Shown here piece after piece: positions 21,090-31,838 of a stretch of 64,000 nucleotides of DNA (within the stretch, counting starts at the first letter, position 1; every line of letters starts with the position of its first letter). The notes under the pieces are model-generated. The model saw only the letters and a list, made by a program, of their open reading frames with translations. It did no database searches and was not told the origin of the DNA. A program made the translations under genes and the position numbers. Source of the stretch: an uncultured bacterium (lineage in GTDB: Bacteria > Zhuqueibacterota > QNDG01 > DTFT01); NCBI GenBank assembly GCA_963736115.1, contig CAVTNR010000001.1:32001-96000 (forward strand). Direction: 5' to 3'.

Positions 21090-23315
21090 ATGCAAAAAAA
21101 TCATGTCTGCCGGGTCATCGGTCTGGCACTCTGCCTGCAGTCCCATGCCTTCGGAGCTGGTTGGGAACGACAGAGCCCGATCCCGCTCGGGAACGAGCTC
21201 AACGACGTCCATGTTTTCAGTACGGGCGGCCTGATCGCGGTCGGAAACGGCGGCGCCTGCATCCGAAGCACGGATCACGGCCTGTCCTGGGACAATCTGA
21301 CTCCCCTGGAAGGTTCGGACAATGACCTGCTTTCGATTTATTTCGCGGATGACTCCACGGGATGGATCGTCGGCGAGATCGGTACGGTTCTGAGGACAGG
21401 CGACTGCGGCGTGACCTGGGCGGCGCTGCCGAATGAAATAGAGGACGATCTGGATGACGTGTTCTTCACGGACACACGGAACGGCTGGGCCGTCGGACGC
21501 TGGGGCAGCATTTACCGCTCCGTCAACGGCGGCGAGGATTGGACGCCTCAGTCCAGCGGCACTGTCCGCAGACTGAAATCCGTGTTTTTCGTGAATCCGG
21601 ATACGGGCTGGGCCGTGGGCCACGGCGGGACCATACTGAAAACCGAAAACCGCGGTTCGGTCTGGACGGCCCAGGACGCAGGGACGGACGGTCACCTGCG
21701 GTCCGTCCATTTCCTGAATCCGGACACCGGATGGGTCGCGGGCGAGGACAGCACCCTTCTGAAAACAACGGACGGCGGCCGAAACTGGGACCGCGTCGAC
21801 GCGGGAACGGGATTCGATTTCGCGACAGTGCGCTTTCTCAACCCGGACACCGGCTTTGCCGCGGGATTCAACGGTTCGCTCGACGAGTGGGGCATTCTTC
21901 AGAAGCGGGGCGGAGGCATGATCGGCACCACGGACGGCGGCGTTTCCTGGTCCACGGTCCATTCCTCGGCAGGCGCGGGTCTGAATGCAATCTCCTTTTC
22001 CGGTTCCGGAACAGGCTGGTCCGTGGGCACGACCGGCTGCCTGCTGGAGACGGAAGACCTCGGCGCGACCTGGGCATCGCGCTCAAAGGGAGCCTCCGGC
22101 GACCTGTCCGCTGTGTTTTTCACCGATCCGGAAAGGGGATGGGCGATCGCATCGGGCACGCTCTACCGGACCGCGGACGGCGGCGGCACATGGACCGCGA
22201 ACCCGGCGCCCGTGCTGGACGATCCCAGGCTCGCGAATTTTTCATTCACCGCACTGCAGTTCGCGGATGCGGACACGGGCCTGCTGACGGGTAGTTACAT
22301 CATACAGTCTTCCACGATGTTCGAAATGGCGAGCGTCGTGCTGAGAACCACGGACGGCGGGGACACCTGGAACACGGCGCGGCGGCAGGAATTCGAGTAT
22401 ATACTCGACCTGCAGATGCTGGACGCGGACACCGGGTTCGCCCTGGCCGCGGTCGTGGATCTCATGACCGGAAGCATCCAGTCGAAGTGCCTGTCCACCA
22501 CGGACGGCGGCCGTGTCTGGACGGCACGGGAAGGCCGGGTTTCCACGTCGGTTCTCTACTCTCTGGACTTCACGGATTCGAAAACCGGATGGGCGGCCGG
22601 GGAAAGCGGCATGATTTACAGAACCCTGGACGGCGGTCTGACCTGGAAAGGATTCCGCACGGGCATGAGTAATGTCTTCTTTCAGGAGGTCGATTTCGCG
22701 GACAGCCGGCGCGGCTGGGCCGCGGGCGCGAACGGACTGATCGTGGCCACGGAAAACGGAGGCGAGAAATGGACCCGGCTTGATTCCGGCACCGGCGAGT
22801 TCCTGACCGCGCTGTTCGCGGTCGACGGCAGGACCGTCTGGGTCGCGGGCACGGGCGGAACGATTCTGAACACACTCGACGGGGGCCTCACCTGGGAGCG
22901 TCAGAATACGGGCTGCTTCGACACCTTCCTGGACGTGTTTTTCCCGACCGTGGCTACGGGATTCGTCGTCGGCGGCAGCGGGAGCATATTCAGGACCACC
23001 GGAGGAACCACGGGGGTCTCCTGTCCGGATGAGGCCGCAACTGCGGCGCCTTCGGGCTTCCGGCTGGAAGCGAATTATCCCAATCCCTTCAACCCGGAAA
23101 CGACCTTCCGGTTCAGCCTTCCGGAAGCGGGCGAGATCACGCTCAGGATATTCGATCTGCTGGGACGCGAGGTCGCGGTCCCGGCCTCCGGCCGTTACGG
23201 CGCCGGCGAACACCGTGTCCGGTTCCATGCGGACGGCCTGGCCAGCGGCGTGTATTTCTGCCGCCTCGAGGCCGGGGACCGCATCCGCACCCGGAAAATC
23301 GTGATTCAAAAGTAA
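21090..23315 (+). CDS. YCF48/BNR-repeat double beta-propeller secreted protein with C-terminal sorting domain
   Basis: Many GWAVG…ILKTTDGG.TW repeats. Ends ANYPNPFNP. Confidence 0.9.
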   Translation: MQKNHVCRVIGLALCLQSHAFGAGWERQSPIPLGNELNDVHVFSTGGLIAVGNGGACIRSTDHGLSWDNLTPLEGSDNDLLSIYFADDSTGWIVGEIGTVLRTGDCGVTWAALPNEIEDDLDDVFFTDTRNGWAVGRWGSIYRSVNGGEDWTPQSSGTVRRLKSVFFVNPDTGWAVGHGGTILKTENRGSVWTAQDAGTDGHLRSVHFLNPDTGWVAGEDSTLLKTTDGGRNWDRVDAGTGFDFATVRFLNPDTGFAAGFNGSLDEWGILQKRGGGMIGTTDGGVSWSTVHSSAGAGLNAISFSGSGTGWSVGTTGCLLETEDLGATWASRSKGASGDLSAVFFTDPERGWAIASGTLYRTADGGGTWTANPAPVLDDPRLANFSFTALQFADADTGLLTGSYIIQSSTMFEMASVVLRTTDGGDTWNTARRQEFEYILDLQMLDADTGFALAAVVDLMTGSIQSKCLSTTDGGRVWTAREGRVSTSVLYSLDFTDSKTGWAAGESGMIYRTLDGGLTWKGFRTGMSNVFFQEVDFADSRRGWAAGANGLIVATENGGEKWTRLDSGTGEFLTALFAVDGRTVWVAGTGGTILNTLDGGLTWERQNTGCFDTFLDVFFPTVATGFVVGGSGSIFRTTGGTTGVSCPDEAATAAPSGFRLEANYPNPFNPETTFRFSLPEAGEITLRIFDLLGREVAVPASGRYGAGEHRVRFHADGLASGVYFCRLEAGDRIRTRKIVIQK

Positions 23316-23325
23316 GGAAAATGAC

Positions 23326-26274
23326 ATGACGACCCGCCGTATGATTCCGTTCACTCACGCATTTCCAGCGATCCGCTTTTTCCGCCGGCTGATTCCCGCG
23401 GCCGGTTTCGCGATTGTTTTCGCGTCGGCCGGCACCGCCGCGCCGGCGCCTCCGCGGTTTTCCGCGGAACGCGGTTTTTACAGCGATCCCTTCACCCTGA
23501 CGATCGCGACGGAAGGGAACCGCACTCCCCTCCGATGCACCGTCGACGGTTCGGATCCCCGGACCTCCACGACGGCCCGGCTCTCCGATTCACCGATGAC
23601 GATTTTTGTGGATCCCGAAGACACCGCCGGCCGGGGAACGGCGCCGGGTTTCATCGTGCGCGCGGCTTCGGTTGAATCGGACACGCTGTTCAGCGCGGTT
23701 GTCACGCACACCTATCTGTTCGTCGACCGGGCCGCGTCGCTTTCGCCGGACGGCATGCCGCCCGGGCCCGGATGGCCGGGCGCAGTCGCCAACGGCCAAC
23801 GGATGGATTACGGCCTGGATCCGGACGTGCTGAACGACACCCGGTACCGGGACAAACTGGAAGCGTCCCTGCTTTCCCTGCCGACCGTGTCGCTGACGAC
23901 CGGCCTGGAAAACCTGTTCAGCGGCAAAACCGGCATCTACGTGAACGCGATGGCGCACGGAGAGGAATGGGAGCGGCCCGTATCCGCGGAGTGGATGGAC
24001 CCGGACGGGGAAGAATCGTTCCAGATCGATGCGGGACTCCGCATCCGCGGTGGATACAGCCGCCACGGCCAGTATCCCAAACACGCTTTCCGGCTTTTCT
24101 TTCGCGAAGAATACGGCGCGGCCAAGCTCCAGGTTCCCCTGTTCGGGGAGGAGGGCGTCTCTGAATTCGACAAGATCGACCTGAGAACGCCGATGAATTA
24201 CCACTGGAGCTGTTTCGGCGACCAGGGTGTGTTCAATATCATGGTTCGCGACGTGTATTCGCGCGACCTTCAGCGCGATATGGGCCAGCCCTACACGCGG
24301 AGCCGGTTCTATCATCTCTATATCGACGGAACCTACTGGGGGGTGTACCAGACGCAGGAAAGGTCCGAAGCCCGGTACGCGGCCTCGTATTTCGGCGGAT
24401 CGTCCGGCGATTACGATGTGGTCAAGGTGGCCACGGACATCGGATACGTTATCGAGGCCACGGACGGAACGCTCGACTCCTGGCGAACCGTCTGGGATCT
24501 GTGCGAGGCGGGATTCGAATCCGCTGAAAACTACGCCGCCCTGCTCGGACTCGGGCCGGACGGCGGACGCGATCCGGGCCGCGTCCGCTGGGTCGACGCG
24601 GACAACCTGATCGATTACATGATCATCATCTTCCAGACCGGCGATTTCGACGCGCCGGTCACGAAATTCGGACAGAACAAGAATCCCAATAATTTCTATG
24701 CGGTGTTCAACCGCGCCGATCCCGACGGTTTCAAGTTCTTCGTCCACGACGCGGAACACTCGCTGTTCACGAGCATCTACGCGGATCCGGGCATCGGGCT
24801 GTTCGAGGACCGGGTGAACATCGGGAGCCTGACCGACTGGTACCGGATGGAATGCGCGGGTTTCGACAAGTTCCACCCGCAGTGGCTCCACCACCGGCTC
24901 TGCGCCAATGCGGATTACCGAATCCGTTTCGCGGACCGGGTCTACCGGCATTTCTTCAACCAGGGGGCGGTTACGGTCGAGGCCAATATCCGCCGTTTCA
25001 TGGAGAGGATCCGGGAGATCGACATGGCTATGATCGCCGAGTCAGCCCGCTGGGGAGACGCTCAGATGTCGCAGCCGCGCACCAAGCACGACGACTGGCT
25101 GCCCCAGGTGGACAATGTGGTTGATAATTTCTTCCCGTACCGGAACGGCATCGTTCTGGATCAGCTCAGACAGGCCGGTCTTTGGCCGGAACTGGACCCG
25201 CCGTTCTTCACGGCCGGCGGCATGGCGATCGAGACTCCGTCCATCACGGCGGAAACGGCGCTGCGCCTCTCGATTTCGAATCCGAACGCAGCCGGAACGG
25301 TCTGGTACACAACGGACGGCACGGATCCGCGTCTGCCAGGAGGCGATGCTTCAGGTCGGGCCCTGTCCGGAAACGAACCGTTCGCAGAACTCCATTCCAC
25401 AACGCGGGTGATGGCCAGGGTCCTATCCGGAACCGACTGGAGCGCGCTCCACGAGATCACCGTCCGGATGCGGGACGACCTCAGCGGACTGAAGATCACG
25501 GAAATCCACTACCACCCGCTGGACGCGGACACCGTGGACAGCCGGGAGTTGGAATTCGTCGAACTCAAAAACACGGGAACGGCTTCGCTCAATCTGACGG
25601 ACGCCGTGTTCACCAACGGGATCGATTACACTTTCCCTGCGTCCGCGATTCTGGATCCCGGAAGCTTCATCGTGCTGGCGTCGAACGCGGGCCGGTTCCA
25701 CAGCCGGTACGGTTTTTTCCCCTTCGGAGAATACGCGGGTCAGCTGGACAACGGGGGAGAGCGTATCGTCCTGAAAGCCGCGGCCGGGGACACGGTGATC
25801 CAGATGCGCTACGATGACAGGAGCCCGTGGCCGACGGAACCCGACAGCATGGGATTCTCCCTGGTTTCCCGCGATTTCGATCCCGCGGGCGATCCGGACG
25901 ATCCCGCGTACTGGAGGACTTCGGTTCACGTGCACGGATCGCCGGGCCGGGACGATGATGGAACGTCCGCTGCCGAAGGTCTCGGGACGGAGCCGGAGCA
26001 ATTCGGGCTGTTCCGCAATTATCCCAACCCCTTCAATCCGAGAACCGCTCTGTCGTACGTTCTGACCGGACGCGGAAGAGTCACGCTGACCGTGTATGAC
26101 GCGTCCGGACGCAGGGTCCGCATCCTGGCGGACGGCGTGCAGGAGGCGGGCCTGCATGAAATCACATGGGACGCTTCGGACGACAGGGGAATGGCGGTTC
26201 CGTCCGGCTTGTACATCGGCCGGCTGTCCGGGCCCGCGTTCACCCGGACCGTGAAGATGATACTGATGCGGTGA
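23326..26274 (+). CDS. CotH kinase-family protein with Fn3-associated, lamin-tail and FlgD/sorting domains
   Basis: GLRIRGGYSR…KHAFRL, YWGVYQTQE, NNFY…HDAE, ITEIHYHP…EFVEL (LTD) and NYPNPFNP. Confidence 0.88.
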   Translation: MTTRRMIPFTHAFPAIRFFRRLIPAAGFAIVFASAGTAAPAPPRFSAERGFYSDPFTLTIATEGNRTPLRCTVDGSDPRTSTTARLSDSPMTIFVDPEDTAGRGTAPGFIVRAASVESDTLFSAVVTHTYLFVDRAASLSPDGMPPGPGWPGAVANGQRMDYGLDPDVLNDTRYRDKLEASLLSLPTVSLTTGLENLFSGKTGIYVNAMAHGEEWERPVSAEWMDPDGEESFQIDAGLRIRGGYSRHGQYPKHAFRLFFREEYGAAKLQVPLFGEEGVSEFDKIDLRTPMNYHWSCFGDQGVFNIMVRDVYSRDLQRDMGQPYTRSRFYHLYIDGTYWGVYQTQERSEARYAASYFGGSSGDYDVVKVATDIGYVIEATDGTLDSWRTVWDLCEAGFESAENYAALLGLGPDGGRDPGRVRWVDADNLIDYMIIIFQTGDFDAPVTKFGQNKNPNNFYAVFNRADPDGFKFFVHDAEHSLFTSIYADPGIGLFEDRVNIGSLTDWYRMECAGFDKFHPQWLHHRLCANADYRIRFADRVYRHFFNQGAVTVEANIRRFMERIREIDMAMIAESARWGDAQMSQPRTKHDDWLPQVDNVVDNFFPYRNGIVLDQLRQAGLWPELDPPFFTAGGMAIETPSITAETALRLSISNPNAAGTVWYTTDGTDPRLPGGDASGRALSGNEPFAELHSTTRVMARVLSGTDWSALHEITVRMRDDLSGLKITEIHYHPLDADTVDSRELEFVELKNTGTASLNLTDAVFTNGIDYTFPASAILDPGSFIVLASNAGRFHSRYGFFPFGEYAGQLDNGGERIVLKAAAGDTVIQMRYDDRSPWPTEPDSMGFSLVSRDFDPAGDPDDPAYWRTSVHVHGSPGRDDDGTSAAEGLGTEPEQFGLFRNYPNPFNPRTALSYVLTGRGRVTLTVYDASGRRVRILADGVQEAGLHEITWDASDDRGMAVPSGLYIGRLSGPAFTRTVKMILMR

Positions 26275-26278
26275 CAAT

Positions 26279-26412
26279 ACGTGCGGCGCGCCTTATAGGC
26301 GCGTTGCGCGCACCGGGCGCCAGACCTGAAAGGCCAAGAAGAAAGACTTTTCAGGTCTGGGTTTTGACGGCCACCCAACCTCCCGCGGGTTTATACCAAC
26401 CCGCGGGAGGTT
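26279..26412. repeat. Composite REP-like element copy 4 (A+B+C modules)
   Basis: gcgcgccttataggcgcg; cagacctgaaag…cttttcaggtctg; aacctcccgcgggtt…aacccgcgggaggtt. Confidence 0.75.
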
Positions 26413-26814
26413 TTTTCCGATCCTCCGATACGGTGACACTATTCGGGTGTTACCACCTCCTGCAAAATCACCTTGACTTGCTTCGATTATTTCGTTAATT
26501 ACTGATATCAAGCCGGTAATCCCGGACCATTCGCCTTCCTTCCTCTGTTTATTCCTGAACCTACTTCGAATGCGGCTCCGGCAGTAATTCCGAATCTATC
26601 CCCTTTCTAAACATGGGGATGAGGCATGCATCAGACTTCCCGATTTTCCCGCTGTCAATACCGGTTCCAGTCTCTCTCCGGCGTCCTGTGGTTCCGGATC
26701 TTCGGCGACTCAGGTCCATTTCCCGAATATCCGTTCTTTGGATAATATCGGATGTCTGTTTCGTACGCGTGCAGGCCGCGGCAATAATGGAGTATCATGA
26801 GGAAGGAGAAAGGG

Positions 26815-29800
26815 ATGGCTGGAAAAATCCGTTTTCGAGCAGGGGCCCTGATCTGCCTGGCCGGCTTGATGATCCATGCCCCGGAAGGCAGAGCCCAATC
26901 CGGCACCATTGACTTCAATTCATCGCAGTGGTCCAGCCTCGTCGGACAGGTGCTGTACCACGGCGGACCGGCCAACACCCTGTCGGACGCGCCGAACGGC
27001 GTGGATTTCATCGTCACATACGGCGAGATGAACATCACAGCCGCGTATCCGACCGGCTACATGCTTTTTTTCTCGCCCATCATCCCTTCGCACGGCAATG
27101 ATGAGGCCGGCCAGGTTCAGATCCGTTTCAGCACGCCGAAGAAACGTGTCCGCCTCAAGGTCTCGCACGACGAGCACCCTGTGCACACGCCGTATTACAC
27201 GACCGTGAAATTCTACCGCGATTTCAACGCATCGAACGCGCTGGCCACGGTCGACGTCGAATGGAATTCGGGACGGTTCACGACCGCGGAGCACAGCGAC
27301 CAGGCCGACGGCATCCGCATGGTCGTGGTCACGACGATGTTCGCGGAGAACAACATCGACGACGTCGAATTCGAACAGCTCGATTCTTCCGAGCCCCCGC
27401 TCCAGCAGGCCTTTCCGTTCGACGACGGCACGGTCCAGGGCTGGACATTGACCGGCGCGTTCAACGAAGCCGGCCAGGGCCCGCGGGCGTCCAATTTCAC
27501 CTTCGGGTGGAACGACCCGGTACAGCATCCAGGCGCGCCCGGTCAGGATCCAACCGGCGACGGACGCGGATGCATCCGGATGAACACGGCCGGAGGGCAC
27601 GGCATCACGGACCCGGGACACACATGGTTCATCATGCAGTTCCATTCTCCGGACCTTTCCGCGTCGGCGGTGTGGCAGGCGGCGAATGGATATGCGGTCG
27701 AAATCGCGGACTGCATGACCGGGACCGGCGCCCTGTACGCGAACGCCTATGTCACGGTCTACGACCAGGATCAGGCCAGGGACCGCACGTTCTACAGCGG
27801 AGACGCGGTTCCGCTCCAGCGCGATGTGTACGGAGACGGAACCGCGGTGTGGAACAGGGTCCTCCTCGACTGGTCCGTTTTCTCATCCTTTCCGATGCGG
27901 CGCACGGTCAAGGAGGTTTTCATCAACATCTGGGGCCGGCTGTCCGACACGCATACCGGAAGCCTGTTCATGGACGCCGTGTCCGTGATGCCCGGCGAGA
28001 ACGTGCCCCAGCCCCCGGCCGCGCCGTCGAACGTGCAGGCGGTACAGCTCCCGGGCCAGATTCACGTCACCTGGCTGGATCATTCGGACGATGAAACGGG
28101 ATTCCGGCTGGAGATGAAGGAATTCCCCACGTTTCCCGGCGACTGGCAGGAAATCGCGGTTCTGGGGCCGGATGTGACCTCGCATCAGATCACCGGCGTG
28201 CGGTTCAACCACTCGTACTACTTCCGTGTGCGTTCCTTCAATGACAACGGCGTCTCCGCTTATTCGAACACGGACACGCTGTACTGCGGCTACCAGCTCT
28301 CCTATATCCGCATCCTCAGACCCAATGGCGGCGAGACCTGGAACGCGGGAAGCGTGCAGGCGGTCAACTGGGAGACCTCCACGTACGGCCGGGCCGAGCG
28401 GGTGAACATCCACTACTCCGTGGACGGGGGCAGTCACTGGGTGCATCCGCCGATCGCCTCCGACATCCAGAACCTGGGCACTTTTTCCTGGACCGTGCCG
28501 GCGGAACTCTCAGCGGATTGCATTGTGAAGGTGGAGAACGCGGCCGGCTTGTTCCCGTACGACCTGAGCGATATGGCCTTCCGCATCCTGGAGGGGAGCG
28601 GACCCGTTCTGTCGCTCTCTGCGGACACCCTCGACTTCGGTTCGGGTCTGCAGACGCTCCCGTTCTCGATCGTGAACACGGGAACTGGAGAACTCGCCTG
28701 GAGCGTCACCCAGGACGCGGGCCAGCCCTGGGTCGTGTCCGTGGATCCCGTATCCGGGACCGGGAATGCCGAAGTCACGGTCCGGGTGGACCGTGCCGCG
28801 CTTTCAGGAGAAGCGGCTATCGGCGGCCTGAATGTGAGTTCGAGCGGCGGGGATGAGCATCTCGTCCTCTTGATTGAAAAGGAGGAATCCGGCCCGCCGC
28901 CGGACTGGGATTACACGCCGAACACCGGAAACAACGCGACGATCATCCTGCCTACGGCCGCGGGTCCCAACATCGACGGGTCGGCGCTTGCGGAAGGCGA
29001 CTGGATCGGCGTGTTCTCGGACGCGGGCCTGTGCTGCGGACGGGCGCAATGGGCAGGCGCCAATCTGTCCATCACCGCGTGGGGAGACGATTCCCAGACC
29101 GGCGAAAAAGACGGATTCTCCCCGGGGGAGACCGTGCATTTTCGTGTGTACCGCGCCTCCACATCCACGGAATGGCGCTTCGTGACGACCGGCTATTCCC
29201 TGGGAAGCGGCCTGTACGCGGCGGACGGGTTGATGATCCTCAGCCGTTTCAATGTCACCGGTCTCGGGTCCCTGACGCTCGGACTGAAACAGGGATGGAA
29301 CCTGTTTTCGATCAATCTCACCCCCGTGCAGGCCGGCATGGACGCGGTCATGACGCAGGTGAGCGCCGACCTGGTGATCGTCAAGAACGGGCAGGGGCGA
29401 ACCTATATCCCCGAATTTCAGATCAATGACATCGGCAACATCGACGTCCGTCAGGGGTACAAGGCTTATCTCAGCAGGGCCGCGGACCTGACCGTGCAGG
29501 GGATTCCGGTCGATCGGGTCACGACTCTCGAATTGCCGCCGGGCTGGAGCATGATCGGTTACTGGCCGGATTCGCCGATGCCGGTCGCGGACGCGTTGGC
29601 TGGGATTCTGGATTTCCTGGTCATCGCGAAAAACGGTTCGGGCGACACGTATCTGCCGCAATACGGCATCAACACCATCGGTTCCATGGAACCCGGCCAG
29701 GGCTACCAGGTTTATCTGTCCGCGGCCGCGACACTCGAGTATCCTTCCGGTCCGGAACCCCGCATCGCCCGGTCCGTGGCCGGAAACAGGGGCGCGGCTG

Positions 29801-30510
29801 AGCTGAGGCATTTCCGGTTCGTGTCCAACACGGGCGAGAATGCGACCGTGGTGGTGCCGGCCGAAGCGCATCCCGGGTATTCGGACGGGACCCGTCTGGC
29901 TGTCGGGGATGAGATAGGCGTGTTCACATCGGACGGCCGCTGCTGCGGAGCCGTGGTCTGGGAGGACGTGAACGCGGCGCTCACGGTGTGGGGCGACGAC
30001 GCGCTGACGGACAGCGTGGACGGCTTTCTCGATGGCGACACGCTGAGACTGGCTGTCTGGAAAGCCGGGACGGACAGGCAGATTCCAGCCGTCACCCTTT
30101 TTCGCGAAAGCGATCCTGACGTGTTCGCGCCGGACGGACTTTCAGTCGTGACGTCGCTGATCGCGGATCTGACTTCGGGCCTGCCGGGCGCGGGGCTTTC
30201 AGGTCTTCCCGAAGGTTTCGGGCTGTCCGTGAATTATCCCAATCCCTTCAATTCGGAAACCGTGATCGTCTACCGCATGCCGGTTCCGGGACGGGTGGAA
30301 CTGACGGTTTACGACCTGAACGGCAGACCGGTACGCACGCTCCTCAAAGGGCCGGCACAGGCAGGCAGCCACACCGCGGCCTGGGACGGACGGGACGGAA
30401 ACGGCATCGAAGTTCCTTCGGGCCTGTACACCTGCAGGATCCGGGTCTCGGGGAACACGGACGGCCTTCCCGCTTTTCAGGCGGTTCGCAAGATGACGCT
30501 GATTAGGTGA
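26815..30510 (+). CDS. Large secreted protein with Fn3, BACON-like, duplicated CCG-containing beta domains and FlgD/sorting domain
   Basis: Signal peptide, Fn3 (APSN…WLDHSDDETGF…YYFRVRS), NTGxNAT…IGVF…CCG…WGDD twice, and NYPNPFN. Confidence 0.88.
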   Translation: MAGKIRFRAGALICLAGLMIHAPEGRAQSGTIDFNSSQWSSLVGQVLYHGGPANTLSDAPNGVDFIVTYGEMNITAAYPTGYMLFFSPIIPSHGNDEAGQVQIRFSTPKKRVRLKVSHDEHPVHTPYYTTVKFYRDFNASNALATVDVEWNSGRFTTAEHSDQADGIRMVVVTTMFAENNIDDVEFEQLDSSEPPLQQAFPFDDGTVQGWTLTGAFNEAGQGPRASNFTFGWNDPVQHPGAPGQDPTGDGRGCIRMNTAGGHGITDPGHTWFIMQFHSPDLSASAVWQAANGYAVEIADCMTGTGALYANAYVTVYDQDQARDRTFYSGDAVPLQRDVYGDGTAVWNRVLLDWSVFSSFPMRRTVKEVFINIWGRLSDTHTGSLFMDAVSVMPGENVPQPPAAPSNVQAVQLPGQIHVTWLDHSDDETGFRLEMKEFPTFPGDWQEIAVLGPDVTSHQITGVRFNHSYYFRVRSFNDNGVSAYSNTDTLYCGYQLSYIRILRPNGGETWNAGSVQAVNWETSTYGRAERVNIHYSVDGGSHWVHPPIASDIQNLGTFSWTVPAELSADCIVKVENAAGLFPYDLSDMAFRILEGSGPVLSLSADTLDFGSGLQTLPFSIVNTGTGELAWSVTQDAGQPWVVSVDPVSGTGNAEVTVRVDRAALSGEAAIGGLNVSSSGGDEHLVLLIEKEESGPPPDWDYTPNTGNNATIILPTAAGPNIDGSALAEGDWIGVFSDAGLCCGRAQWAGANLSITAWGDDSQTGEKDGFSPGETVHFRVYRASTSTEWRFVTTGYSLGSGLYAADGLMILSRFNVTGLGSLTLGLKQGWNLFSINLTPVQAGMDAVMTQVSADLVIVKNGQGRTYIPEFQINDIGNIDVRQGYKAYLSRAADLTVQGIPVDRVTTLELPPGWSMIGYWPDSPMPVADALAGILDFLVIAKNGSGDTYLPQYGINTIGSMEPGQGYQVYLSAAATLEYPSGPEPRIARSVAGNRGAAELRHFRFVSNTGENATVVVPAEAHPGYSDGTRLAVGDEIGVFTSDGRCCGAVVWEDVNAALTVWGDDALTDSVDGFLDGDTLRLAVWKAGTDRQIPAVTLFRESDPDVFAPDGLSVVTSLIADLTSGLPGAGLSGLPEGFGLSVNYPNPFNSETVIVYRMPVPGRVELTVYDLNGRPVRTLLKGPAQAGSHTAAWDGRDGNGIEVPSGLYTCRIRVSGNTDGLPAFQAVRKMTLIR

Positions 30511-30524
30511 CGCCGTAAATCCAT

Positions 30525-30642
30525 GTGCGACGCACCTTCAAGGTGCGTCGCACGCGCCGGGCATCAGACCTGAAAGGTCTTGAAGACCTTTCAGGTCTGT
30601 TTTCGGAAAATCCTCCCGGAGGATCGGAGCCTCCGGGAGGTT
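30525..30642. repeat. Composite REP-like element copy 5 (intact A+B+C)
   Basis: gtgcgacgcaccttcaaggtgcgtcgcac; cagacctgaaaggtcttgaagacctttcaggtctg; cctcccggaggatcggagcctccgggagg. Confidence 0.85.
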
Positions 30643-30899
30643 CGTTCTCGCGAAAAGCCAGCCTCAAACCGATACCCAAACCAATCGTGCGGCCTTTGGC
30701 CCCGGGGTCGAATAACCCTTGCATCATTGATTTCCGACGAATATTGATTGGTCCTTTTTTTGCACGCCATTTTCCTGCATAAAACATTGCCTTATAAGGG
30801 TTTAATTCATTCTAATCTGAAATAACGGTCTACCGGAGAGCGACAATCTGCATCCATTCTCCGAATACGATCAGTCCGCTGAGATGAAGGGGAAAATCA

Positions 30900-31739
30900 A
30901 TGAAGAAGACGGTAATGACTCGCCTGTTCCTGGCGGTACTGGCTCTATCCATGGCAGCCGGGTGCGGCCGCGGGCCGGTCAGGAACGCGGGGGTCGCGGA
31001 TCCGGCGGTCGTGAAGGGATTTCCGGTTTTCGCGAACACGGTTCTCTCCTCGACGGTGACCATCGTTGAAGAGTCCATCCTCGAGCAGGAAAGGATCATC
31101 AACAGTCTCGCCGGCCTTCCTGAGGTGCAAAGCGCGGACTGGAGCAGGATGAAGGGCCTTGTCAGCCGGTTCCAGGCAAGCCTGAAGGATTCGGGTGTGT
31201 ACTGGTTTGCGCTTCCGGACGGCCGATATTACACGGTCGGGCAGGGGCTCGTCGGCCGGACACTGTCGGACCGGCCGTACTTTGCCTCGGTCATGGCGGG
31301 CCGCGCCGCGGTCGGGGATCTGGTGGTGAGCCGTTCGACGGGCAGGAAATCAGCGGTCGTGGTTCTGCCGGTGCAAGGCGCCGGGGGCCGTGTCGTCGGG
31401 GGCCTGGGCGCGTCGATATTTCTGGACAAGCTGGCCGGCCGGCTCTCCGCTTCGCTCTCCATGCCCGAGGGGTGTTTCTTCTATGCACTGGCGCCGGACG
31501 GCATGACGGCCCTGCACCTGAAACAGGAACTGGTTTTTGACAACCCGCTTTCGAAGGATTCGCCGAGCATGAGGACCGCGGTGGAGAAGATGCTCGCATC
31601 CGATTCCGGAGAAGTCGAATACACGTTCAACGGATTCCACAGGCGCGTCCGGTATCAGGTCTCGCGCCTGACCGGGTGGCGTTTCGCGTTCGGGATCAAT
31701 ACAGCCACTGCGGATTCCGGGCCGAAGACGGGCCGTTGA
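30900..31739 (+). CDS. Stand-alone Cache-domain lipoprotein
   Basis: Lipobox MAAGC, LSDRPYF, VSRSTG, TGWRF. No signalling domain. Confidence 0.75.
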   Translation: MKKTVMTRLFLAVLALSMAAGCGRGPVRNAGVADPAVVKGFPVFANTVLSSTVTIVEESILEQERIINSLAGLPEVQSADWSRMKGLVSRFQASLKDSGVYWFALPDGRYYTVGQGLVGRTLSDRPYFASVMAGRAAVGDLVVSRSTGRKSAVVVLPVQGAGGRVVGGLGASIFLDKLAGRLSASLSMPEGCFFYALAPDGMTALHLKQELVFDNPLSKDSPSMRTAVEKMLASDSGEVEYTFNGFHRRVRYQVSRLTGWRFAFGINTATADSGPKTGR

Positions 31740-31838
31740 ACCGGAGGCCGCGGAAAGGTCCGGCGGGGTCCAGTCAAGGGAGGGTGCATGAGAGGATTTT
31801 TAAGGAAGCAGACGCGGAATGAACCCGGAGGGGAGGCC

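Noticed and set aside
17725-30642. Palindromic repeats as a CRISPR array or integron attC sites
   Set aside because: Copies are 0.7-5 kb apart with whole genes between them. There are no spacers, cas genes or integrase, and no GTTRRRY ends were recognised.
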